A DNA stretch of 64,000 nt from an uncultured delta proteobacterium. Its GTDB lineage: Bacteria > Desulfobacterota > Syntrophorhabdia > Syntrophorhabdales > WCHB1-27. Under the pieces are notes generated by a model. It did not search any database, was not told the origin of the DNA, and saw only the letters and a program-made list of their open reading frames with translations. The position numbers and the translations under genes were made by a program. Where the stretch lies: NCBI GenBank assembly GCA_963810935.1, contig CAWEPK010000011.1, positions 32,001 to 96,000 of the forward strand, given 5' to 3'. Positions 42,846 through 50,891 of this stretch are shown here, in pieces. How positions within the stretch are numbered: position 1 is the first letter of the stretch; each line of letters begins with the position of its first letter.

Positions 42846-43823
42846 TTAGAGGCGCTCCAGCGCTGCTTTCATCGCCCTTACGGCGAAGACGGCCAGCATC
42901 TTACGCCTGTAAGACGCAGGCAGGACCTGGTTATCGACGAGGGGCAGGTTTTTGGGGATGGACCGGCCGATTGCATCCAGGTCGATGTCAGAAGGCGCCT
43001 TGCCTTCGACAAGCCCGTCGAGGGGGACGACTACAGGGGCGGGACCGGCCGCTGTCAGAACGAGTCTGGCCGACTGTATCGTTTTCCCGGCTACTGTGAC
43101 GAAGGCTGCCGCGCCCGCCATGGGGTAATCTACTGCGGAGCGGAGGCGGAATTTTTCGTACGCTGCGCCCGCGTGACGGAAGAGAGGCACAACGACCTCC
43201 GTCGCAAGCTCGCCCGGCCTTAGTCGCAAAGGCGCAAGTCCCTGCCCGGTAAAAAGCTCCTCGACAGGGACTTCGCGGGGCTTCGCCCTTTTTCTCTCGA
43301 TCCTGACGCTTACGCCCGATGCGATCAGCGCCGGGGCGATATCTCCCTGGTAGAGGCTGAAGCATTTCCTGCCGTTCGGCACTGCGAGGCAATGCCTGCC
43401 TCCAGCCTTGAGGCACGGCTCGCGCTCCATCCTCCAGACTGCCGACTGGTTGTAGAAAAGGCAGCGGGACCCCTGGAACAGGTTTCCGCCTATCGTCGCC
43501 GTATTGCGTATCGGAGGGGCCGCGACTGAAAGTGCGGCGTGATAAAGCGCGGGCGCGTGCTTCATTACTTCCGGGGATGCCGCTATCTCGGAAAGGGTGG
43601 TCATTGCGCCGATCCGGAGCGCCTGCCTGCCCCGGACGATCCGGCTAAGCCCGGCCACGTCCTTGAGGCCGACTACCAGAGAGGGCCGCACCAGGCCGAG
43701 CCGTATCAACGGTATCAGGTCGGTCCCTCCCGCCTGGGGCCTTGCCTCTCCGTGGTGCTCCATGACCGCCAGGGCCTCTTTCACCGTCTCCGGTCCCAGG
43801 AAGTCAAAGTAAGGCAGTCGCAT
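42846..43823 (-). CDS. hcrB: FAD-binding subunit with [4Fe-4S] Cys insert, 4-hydroxybenzoyl-CoA reductase beta-like
   Basis: AGGTDL; GGNLFQ followed by RCLFYNQS..WR....CLK.GG..C.......C; EKFRLRSAVDYP. Confidence 0.8.
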   Translation of the reverse strand: MRLPYFDFLGPETVKEALAVMEHHGEARPQAGGTDLIPLIRLGLVRPSLVVGLKDVAGLSRIVRGRQALRIGAMTTLSEIAASPEVMKHAPALYHAALSVAAPPIRNTATIGGNLFQGSRCLFYNQSAVWRMEREPCLKAGGRHCLAVPNGRKCFSLYQGDIAPALIASGVSVRIERKRAKPREVPVEELFTGQGLAPLRLRPGELATEVVVPLFRHAGAAYEKFRLRSAVDYPMAGAAAFVTVAGKTIQSARLVLTAAGPAPVVVPLDGLVEGKAPSDIDLDAIGRSIPKNLPLVDNQVLPASYRRKMLAVFAVRAMKAALERL

Positions 43824-43858
43824 AGATGCGCCCCCTTGCGCTTGGTCGTGATAAGCTT

Positions 43859-44638
43859 TCAGGAAGCGGCTGCGAACAGGGCCGCACCGAGGGCCACGGT
43901 CATTGCCGGGTCCCATCCGGGTTTTTGCGGCAGGCCGCTCACCTGCAGGATGCCCTCGACCCGGCCTATCAACGCCGCGTTGTTTGCCAGCCCGCCTATA
44001 ACCACGAAGTCTTTCTTCATGCCCGATCTGGCCACTAGCGTTGCGATCCTTTCCGCCATCGCCTGCATGTAGCCTGCGATGACATGTTCGGCAGGCACGT
44101 TGTGGCGGATGAGGTCGAGTGCCTCGGACTGCGCGTATACTGCGCAGAAGTTGCCTATTTTCGCCGCTTTTTCCGACCGCGAGGCGGCATCGTTGATTCC
44201 GGCCGTATCCTCTCCCGCAAGCGCGGCAAAGGTCTCAAGGGAGCGGCCGATGCCTGACGCGCATTTGTCGTTCCATAGGAAATCTAGTGCCCTGCCCTTT
44301 TCAGTGCAATGGACTACCCGGCAGCTTATGCCGCCTGCGTCGAGCACAGTGCGGACGGACGGCCCCCATGTGCGGACTGCGCCCGCAGCAGCGCATGCGA
44401 CCTCGGTCACGCTCTTTTGGGCGAAGGCGACCTGCGCCCTGCCCCTGCCCGTCGCAACGATGCAGCCGACCTTGTCTATCTTCAAACCGGCCGCCGCCAG
44501 GGCCTCGTCGATCGCGGCTAAGGCCGACTCGGCCGGCGTCCGGGTAGTGACGAGAGAACATCCGGCAAGCTCTCCGTCCACCAGTATCACGGCCTTCGAG
44601 GTTGAGGCGCCTATATCTATTCCCGCTGCTGTTTTCAT
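43859..44638 (-). CDS. bzdQ: ASKHA-type activase subunit, benzoyl-CoA reductase BzdQ-like
   Basis: GIDIG, TEVAC, NDKCASGIG, FCAVYAQSE, AGYMQAMAER, ALGAALF. Confidence 0.7.
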   Translation of the reverse strand: MKTAAGIDIGASTSKAVILVDGELAGCSLVTTRTPAESALAAIDEALAAAGLKIDKVGCIVATGRGRAQVAFAQKSVTEVACAAAGAVRTWGPSVRTVLDAGGISCRVVHCTEKGRALDFLWNDKCASGIGRSLETFAALAGEDTAGINDAASRSEKAAKIGNFCAVYAQSEALDLIRHNVPAEHVIAGYMQAMAERIATLVARSGMKKDFVVIGGLANNAALIGRVEGILQVSGLPQKPGWDPAMTVALGAALFAAAS

Positions 44639-45411
44639 CTTCCACCCTCGATTGCTGCGCCTATGGCGCACACGTATTCCGGCATCTCCGACAGGGATGC
44701 GTCCTGTCCTATGACGGCAGGCAGGCGCCCGGCGAGCGCTTTTGCCAGGCCGCCCGCGACGACGACCTCCCTGGTCAGCGTGATGCATGTGCTCATGGCG
44801 CCTACACGGTCGGCCATGAACTTCAGGACTGCGTTCGCCGCGTCAGGGGTTTCCGTGCCCCTGCACATCAGGTCGATGACCTCAGACTCGGCACAGAGCG
44901 CGCACTGGACGGCGACTGAGGCGTCGACCTTCGATTTCGCCGCGAGCGTGCACATCTCATCCTCGCTCAACCCCAGTGACCGCGCCATGGCTGTGTAGAA
45001 GATGCCGAGGCCGTCGGCGCACTTGTCGTTCTGGATGACGTCGATGACGTCGCCGCTTGCGTCGTACCGGACCGCCTGGTGTACGTTCCCGCCGATATCA
45101 ATGACCGTCCTCGACGCCCTGTTGAGGAAGAAGGCGCCTCGTGCGGCTGCCACGTAGTCGGGGATGGCGCCCGAACCTTCCGCCGCCGCTCCCAACGCCC
45201 GCTCCCTGTATATGCCCGTAGTAACGACAGCAGCAGGCGCGCCTGCGCCCGCGCTTTCCAGGCACCGGGCGAGGACCGCCCGGGCTGCGCCGGCCGGGTC
45301 GAACCCGGTCGGCACCGTGCAGGAGGCGAGGACCTCCCGGCCTCTCATTACTACCGCTTTCGTATTGACGTGGCCCGCATCAATTCCTGCCAGGATCTTT
45401 TCGTTATTCAT
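44635..45411 (-). CDS. bzdP: ASKHA-type activase subunit, BzdP-like
   Basis: AGIDAG..NTKAV, AARGAFFL, NDKCA.G.G, QCALCAESEV, AIGAA. Confidence 0.6.
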   Translation of the reverse strand: MNNEKILAGIDAGHVNTKAVVMRGREVLASCTVPTGFDPAGAARAVLARCLESAGAGAPAAVVTTGIYRERALGAAAEGSGAIPDYVAAARGAFFLNRASRTVIDIGGNVHQAVRYDASGDVIDVIQNDKCADGLGIFYTAMARSLGLSEDEMCTLAAKSKVDASVAVQCALCAESEVIDLMCRGTETPDAANAVLKFMADRVGAMSTCITLTREVVVAGGLAKALAGRLPAVIGQDASLSEMPEYVCAIGAAIEGGR

Positions 45412-46553
45412 GGCGCCACCCGCGTAATCGTTTCTATGAGGGCCTCAAGCTGAGTCCCGAACTGGTTCATCGGCACGGTCGTATCGAGCTCCAGCTCAAC
45501 CGAAGGGATGCCGAGCTGCTCCAAAATGGGCTTCAATGCAACGATGTCGTTAGGCTGGGGGCTGCAAAACCGCTGATATAAAAATATCACGCCGTCCGGC
45601 CTGTAGTCCTCTATGAACTGCCTGACGAACCTGAACCTTTTCCGCTCGCCCGTGCCCGGCACGTTGTCTTTTGCGGGGCAGGGGAGCCTGCCCGTGTAGC
45701 CTTCCGCAAGCGCAGCGAGCTTATCGGCCCTGCCTTCCGGCACCTCGAACCAGAAGTACCTGGCCGCAGTGCAGGAATCGGCGAACACAAGGCTCGCCTT
45801 GTAACCCAGGTGCTCGATCAGGTCGAAGACCGCGAGGTCGTCGCACGCGCCTCCCGTCACCATGAGCCTTACTCCCGGCGGCTTGCCCGCATCGCCGTCA
45901 AGGCTGCCGATCAATTCTTCGAGCATCTCATTGCACTCCTGCTTATCCATGACCTGGGCGGCAAGCGTCACCGCCGCAGCTTCCGGCCCGGTTACGGGCG
46001 GCCTGTCGCTCCTCAGGAACTCCCACAGCCGTTTGAGCAGTCTTCTGTTGCGGTTGTAAACCTTGATTGCCTCTTCCAGTTTTGCGTCCGTTATGCTCTT
46101 TGTCGAGAATTTCTCTACGAACTGCCTGAATTGTCCGAAGGACTCGGCGACAAAGGCCGGGGCGGGTTTGGTTTCCATGATGTGTGGGAATGGTATGAGG
46201 TAGCTTTTCTCCCCGAACCCGGCGAACCGGACCCAGACATTGAACGCCTCGGACATATGGATGCAACTGCTGCTCGTGACGAGCAGGTCGAGGTAGTCGT
46301 AATTGTGCTGCAAGCCTTGATAGGCGCAGTCGTGCGAGAAGGAGCAGTACGTCTCATGGATGTAGCTCCTCGTCATCGCTTGCGACACGTGGTTGGTTAG
46401 GACCCTGACCGGGACGATGCCGGCCGCATAAAGGATCTCCTCGGGGACGTGGGTGCACATGTACCCCGCAATCGGGCGGCCCAGTGCCTTTGCATATGCG
46501 TGCGGCTCCTCGCTTATCCGGCGGAAGCGTTCGACGATCGCGGCTTTTTCCAT
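45408..46553 (-). CDS. bzdN: Benzoyl-CoA reductase BzdN-like subunit (2-hydroxyacyl-CoA dehydratase family)
   Basis: GYMCTHVPEEILYAAG, YCSFSHDC, SCIH, DSCT..RYFW, RLPCPAKD, QRFCSP. Confidence 0.75.
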   Translation of the reverse strand: MEKAAIVERFRRISEEPHAYAKALGRPIAGYMCTHVPEEILYAAGIVPVRVLTNHVSQAMTRSYIHETYCSFSHDCAYQGLQHNYDYLDLLVTSSSCIHMSEAFNVWVRFAGFGEKSYLIPFPHIMETKPAPAFVAESFGQFRQFVEKFSTKSITDAKLEEAIKVYNRNRRLLKRLWEFLRSDRPPVTGPEAAAVTLAAQVMDKQECNEMLEELIGSLDGDAGKPPGVRLMVTGGACDDLAVFDLIEHLGYKASLVFADSCTAARYFWFEVPEGRADKLAALAEGYTGRLPCPAKDNVPGTGERKRFRFVRQFIEDYRPDGVIFLYQRFCSPQPNDIVALKPILEQLGIPSVELELDTTVPMNQFGTQLEALIETITRVAP

Positions 46554-47869
46554 TATCGCACCCCTTTCCTGCGGGCTTCCATCAGGTGGACTAACAACTC
46601 CGTTTTCCGCTGGGCGCCCGGCAGGTCCATCTTACGGACGTCAACCTGGTCGGTGTCGTATTCCACGGTGGGAATCTCGCCCTTGAAAATGCGCTGCATG
46701 CCGATGTAGCCGTTCCTGAAGTCCGTCTCGCAGCTACGGGAAGGTGCGAGCAGGAGTCCGTCCGCCTTATATTCATCCACCATCGCCCTTGCCATCTTTT
46801 CCAGGGCCCAGTAGGAGCGCACACCCTGCCAGGTGGGCCAGCCGAGGACTATCTTGGCAAGCTCGGTGATCGCCTTTCTTCTCGTTGACACGTCGAGCTC
46901 GTCCACCCATTGAGGGTCTATAGGCTCCCAGGTCCACTTGCCGTCCACCAGCCCCTTGAAGTTGCCGCAGGTGCCGAAAGTGTAGACCGAGGCAACGATC
47001 TCGGCCCCGACGTCCCGGAGGATGCGCGCCATTTCCGGGTGGCCGTAAGTGTGGGCGATTCCGAAGTAGACTATCCTGTAGCGCTGGTCGGGGGCGACGC
47101 TCTCGCCGTTTGCGACCATGCTCTTCACTTCCTCGAGCAGCGTCTCATACAGCCTGACGCTTTCATCGGTCGTCCTGTCAACGATCGCAGGGGGGAAAAG
47201 GGCAATGAGACGCCGCTCGTCGAGGGGCGCGGGCGAGCGCATGTTGAGGGCGCAGATATTGCCCCACAGGACGAGTACCTTGATCTCGTTCCTGGCGGCC
47301 TTGATGAACAGCTCGTCCGAGTACCCCCTGCCGGTCACCCTTTCGAGCCAGTTTATTCCGCCTTCTATCTGGTCGGAGACGTACTTTACGATCTTGGGGT
47401 CTTTCTCGGCGTTGCCGCCACCGATCATATCTATCGCGTACATGGGGATGCCGCCGAGGCGCCTTGAGACCTCCTGATACCATTTGGAGTGCTGGCTGCA
47501 CAGGTGCGTTGTCCAGATCACGTCCGGCTTGGGATACCCGTCCCTGATCGTACCGTCGGTAATGGCGATCTTGTCCCGGACGACCTCTCCTACAAAGAGC
47601 TTCAGGTAGCTGCAAGCGTGGAAGCCCAGACCTGCGGCCTCTGCCGCCGCAATGTCCAAACGGCTTTCCTCCGGGAAGGTGCCTGCCGTCGAAGCGGCAT
47701 GCGGCTCGCCGCCTATCAGGTGCACGTCCTCCCCCAGCCCCTTCAGCGGGGCCAGCACGCTCCATGTGGAGCCCATGCAGCGCAAACCGCCGGAAGCCTC
47801 CACGTAGTCCTTGTAACATCCGCTCTGGTAGCTCTTGATCTCGGGCCAGGTCTTCAGGTTATACGGCAC
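46553..47869 (-). CDS. bzdO: Benzoyl-CoA reductase BzdO-like subunit
   Basis: LKTW, GGLR, GLGEDV...GEP.AA, CSY, PKPD, C..HSKWYQ, SRSCE; recalled BzdO-type N-terminal pattern; GTG start with GGAGG. Confidence 0.75.
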   Translation of the reverse strand: MPYNLKTWPEIKSYQSGCYKDYVEASGGLRCMGSTWSVLAPLKGLGEDVHLIGGEPHAASTAGTFPEESRLDIAAAEAAGLGFHACSYLKLFVGEVVRDKIAITDGTIRDGYPKPDVIWTTHLCSQHSKWYQEVSRRLGGIPMYAIDMIGGGNAEKDPKIVKYVSDQIEGGINWLERVTGRGYSDELFIKAARNEIKVLVLWGNICALNMRSPAPLDERRLIALFPPAIVDRTTDESVRLYETLLEEVKSMVANGESVAPDQRYRIVYFGIAHTYGHPEMARILRDVGAEIVASVYTFGTCGNFKGLVDGKWTWEPIDPQWVDELDVSTRRKAITELAKIVLGWPTWQGVRSYWALEKMARAMVDEYKADGLLLAPSRSCETDFRNGYIGMQRIFKGEIPTVEYDTDQVDVRKMDLPGAQRKTELLVHLMEARRKGVR

Positions 47870-47905
47870 TTCAGCCTCCTATCTCATGCCTGCCGGCTCT
47901 ATTAT

Positions 47906-47996
47906 TGAATACGATTCATTATTATCCATCCGTCACTGCTTGTCAAGTAATTTTAATCCTGTAAAATCACATAACTAATGATATTAATGATATTCA
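47906..47996. promoter_or_regulatory. Leftward sigma70 promoter with TGAAT-N3-ATTCA operators
   Basis: TTGACA on - strand 47946-41, 17 bp, AATAAT; TGAATACGATTCA 47906-18; weaker TTAATGATATTCA 47984-96. Confidence 0.6.
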
Positions 47997-48094
47997 ATAT
48001 TTAAGTCACGGCTGGCCGTGTTTCCGTCCGGCAGGGGCAATCGCCTTCTTGACAAAAACAGCGGGCAATAGTAAAACCAAAGGAACGAGGCACT

Positions 48095-48784
48095 ATGAAA
48101 GGCAAAGACGAGACGCTGAAAAAAAGTTTCAAGAGAAAGGCGATCATACAGGCGGCCATCGAAGTCTTCGGCAAGAAGGACTTCCAGAGCGCGGCCATAT
48201 CGGAGATAGCCCAGAGCGCGGGCGTCGCCGACGGCACCATTTACCAGTATTTCAAGAACAAGGAAGACCTCTTCTTTTCGATCCCCGTCGAGAAGACGAA
48301 AGAATTCCGCGACGAGCTTAACCTCCACCTCCAGGGCATCCACGGCGCACTGAATAAGATTCGGAAATTCGTCTGGTACTTCCTTTATTTCTTCAAGACG
48401 AACCCCGAGTACGGAAGGATACTGATGCTCGAGATGCGGGTGAGCAGGAGTTTCGTCGCAACGGCGACGTACGATTTCCTGAAGAAATCGGTCAGCCAGG
48501 TGATGGAGATCATCGCCGAAGGGCAGAAAGAAAGGGTTATCAGGGCCGACATCGACCCATACGTCATGCGCCACCTTATCCTCGGCGTCTTAGAGCACAT
48601 GGCGACGCGCTGGCTGCTCAAAGGCGCGAAATACGACCTGCTCGCGCATCATGAGGAAGTCAGCCGGCTGTTGATCGACGCGTTGAGCAGCGAGTCCGCC
48701 CGCATGGGAAAACCCACCGATAAACGCAGCGCAAGGAAGGCGCAGCCGGGGACGCCGCCCGCCAAACGCAAACCGACTCAATAA
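48095..48784 (+). CDS. TetR-family regulator (FadR/YsiA-like)
   Basis: IIQAAIEVF...ISEIAQSAGVADGTIYQYFKNKEDL; divergent from the Bzd operon. Confidence 0.92.
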   Translation: MKGKDETLKKSFKRKAIIQAAIEVFGKKDFQSAAISEIAQSAGVADGTIYQYFKNKEDLFFSIPVEKTKEFRDELNLHLQGIHGALNKIRKFVWYFLYFFKTNPEYGRILMLEMRVSRSFVATATYDFLKKSVSQVMEIIAEGQKERVIRADIDPYVMRHLILGVLEHMATRWLLKGAKYDLLAHHEEVSRLLIDALSSESARMGKPTDKRSARKAQPGTPPAKRKPTQ

Positions 48785-48886
48785 CAAAATTGCCCGCCTC
48801 GCAGACGGCCCCGGCCCTACGGTATTCTACCTGGTCTTCCGGCGACTCATCACGGTGCCTTGCGATAAAGTACGTTGGTCAGGCGA

Positions 48887-49924
48887 TCAAAAGATGGATC
48901 CGGAAACGGCCCCGGCCCCGGCCGATATACCTGGGGCTACGTACGAGAATGAGTCGAGGATGTGCGGCGCGCCGCTGTCGAGGAGGGCCTTCCAGGCGAC
49001 GGTGACCGTCGGCCCCTCTACCGTCACGAGCACGTAGCCGTGGTAATCCGAGTTGCTGTATTCGCCGATTATCCTTGGCCCCTCCGGGTAGACGCCGGGC
49101 CAATGAGCCGGCCTCGGGCCTCCGGTGCCTGCGGTGACTTGCCGCATGGGATTGCCGGCAACATCTGGGATCATGGCCCGGTTGTAGGGGTGGTCATGGC
49201 CGCAGAGATAGACCCTCGCCCCCGCCCGGCCGATCAGGTCCCAGAAGGCGTCCCGGTCCTTCGGGTAGAAGGCAAGGCAGTCGAGGTGCCTCAATTGAAA
49301 AGCAGGCTCATGCCCGAAGACGAAAACGTGGGGCATCGTGTTGGATGCAAGCTGCCCTTCGAGCCATCTATAGTTCATCCTGTGGGGGCGCTCGAATTGG
49401 TCCAGGCCGACGACGAACGCGTTCTTGTGCGTAAAGCTGTAAGTGATCCCTTCTTCGCCCGGCGGGCCGTTTGCCGGTATATACGGCTCCGAAAAGACCT
49501 TTCTGAAGGCGTCACCGAGAAGGGCCAGGCTGCCGGGCGGCGGCTCGAACCGGGCCGGAAGGGGCGGCAGGGCGATGCGTTCGGGCCCGCTGTCGTGATT
49601 GCCCCTGACGGGAAAGACCTTGATCCCCGCCCCGTATACGGGCTCCATCGTCTTTTTCCAGTTCAGGTATTGGTCGACATAGGACGTTCCGCCATTCCTG
49701 AACCACCCGTTCACCAGGTCGCCCGCGGCGAGCACAAAGTCCGGCTTATCGCAGGCGATCGCGTGCGCGACCTTCCCAAGCACCGCATCGTCCACGCATG
49801 ACTTTCCGGGGGCTTCCCAGTTGTCGCCCTGCGTATCGCTTATTAGGGCAAACTTCCAGCCGGCCCCGTTCCGGGGCCCGCGCAGCACGTAGCCCTTTCC
49901 ATTCATAGGGCCGTCCGCCGTCAT
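48887..49924 (-). CDS. Calcineurin-like metallophosphoesterase
   Basis: SDTQ, GDLV, GNHD, GHEP, GHDH. Confidence 0.87.
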   Translation of the reverse strand: MTADGPMNGKGYVLRGPRNGAGWKFALISDTQGDNWEAPGKSCVDDAVLGKVAHAIACDKPDFVLAAGDLVNGWFRNGGTSYVDQYLNWKKTMEPVYGAGIKVFPVRGNHDSGPERIALPPLPARFEPPPGSLALLGDAFRKVFSEPYIPANGPPGEEGITYSFTHKNAFVVGLDQFERPHRMNYRWLEGQLASNTMPHVFVFGHEPAFQLRHLDCLAFYPKDRDAFWDLIGRAGARVYLCGHDHPYNRAMIPDVAGNPMRQVTAGTGGPRPAHWPGVYPEGPRIIGEYSNSDYHGYVLVTVEGPTVTVAWKALLDSGAPHILDSFSYVAPGISAGAGAVSGSIF

Positions 49925-49956
49925 GCCTTCATAACCTCTCTCTCCGAAGGTTGAGT

Positions 49957-50319
49957 TCACGCCGAGAGCCCGGCCTGCCCTAGCCTGCGCATCTCGTATG
50001 TGCCGGGCGGCATCAACCCGGGCTTTGCCCAAGCCACGAGGTGGAGCGAAACGCCTGCCCTCTTCGCCTGGAGATAATTTACCACGTCAGGCGAAAAATC
50101 GGCTTCATTATAATCAGCGAGCACCGTCTCCACCGGGTCCTGCGCCGGGCTTTTAAACGCCCATTCGTATCGTGAGATGTAATGCTTCGCCCGCTGCATC
50201 GCAAGCTCGGGAGATCTGTCCTCCACCCAGAAGTGCGCCAATCCTCCTTCGAGCCTTTCGGCATCGGGGTTTCCGGAGGTCGGCAAAGCGTTGAAAACAA
50301 GGTAGTAAATCCTTTTCAT
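49957..50319 (-). CDS. Hypothetical protein
   Basis: 120 aa with AAGGAG RBS; no family recognised. Confidence 0.6.
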   Translation of the reverse strand: MKRIYYLVFNALPTSGNPDAERLEGGLAHFWVEDRSPELAMQRAKHYISRYEWAFKSPAQDPVETVLADYNEADFSPDVVNYLQAKRAGVSLHLVAWAKPGLMPPGTYEMRRLGQAGLSA

Positions 50320-50454
50320 GAGAGTCTCCTTTCGCTAAAAGGGAAAGCGCCCGTTCCTTCTCATTTACCTGGCGATGGACCTTGTGCCTGCCTCGCGCCC
50401 GGCAGGCCCTGACTCTCCTTTTACCCTGCCCCCTGGCTGGTCTAAGTGATAATG

Positions 50455-50478
50455 CGTTATATTATGTTGGATATAACG
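50455..50478. promoter_or_regulatory. ModE-type box 1
   Basis: CGTTATAT-N8-ATATAACG; overlaps the -10 of a leftward promoter (TTGACA 50487-82). Confidence 0.8.
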
Positions 50479-50719
50479 ACTTGTCAAGATAATTTTTACC
50501 GTCGGGAAGCGTCAAAAAAGAGGGATTTTACCTTACAGCTTATCTTCCCTGTGGATGACGGCCATCGTGCCCTGGTTATAGAGGTTCCGGGCGAAGCACT
50601 CTATGGAGATGTCGGCACCGGTTACCATGTGCATGAACATGCTGCTGTTCCCGACAGCGATGCTCCTTCCGGGGATCCCGCAAAACTCATCCTCATGTCC
50701 GCTGCGCCCGGGCGTTAAG

Positions 50720-50772
50720 CGTTATATTCGCAACTATATAACAGTATTCGTTATATACGACGCGCCATAACG
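50720..50772. promoter_or_regulatory. Tandem ModE-type boxes 2 and 3
   Basis: CGTTATAT-N8-ATATAACA (50720-43) and CGTTATAT-N8-CCATAACG (50749-72). Confidence 0.75.
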
Positions 50773-50815
50773 TCCCTCGATCATTTTCGGAACAGAGACA
50801 TGACGAACAAAATCC

Positions 50816-50848
50816 TTGACAATTCGTTATGCTACATCATATATAACG
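50816..50848 (+). promoter_or_regulatory. ModE-type box 4 inside a sigma70 promoter
   Basis: TTGACA 50816-21; CGTTATGC-N8-ATATAACG 50825-48. Confidence 0.75.
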
Positions 50849-50891
50849 CATGATCGCACACACCCAATCCCGATAATTTCAAGGAGCGATA

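Noticed and set aside
50533..50700. Coding-like stretch on the - strand between ModE boxes (..EDEFCGIPGRSIAVGNSSMFMHMVTG..REDKL*)
   Set aside because: No convincing start or RBS and no family recognised; may be a remnant but cannot be supported.
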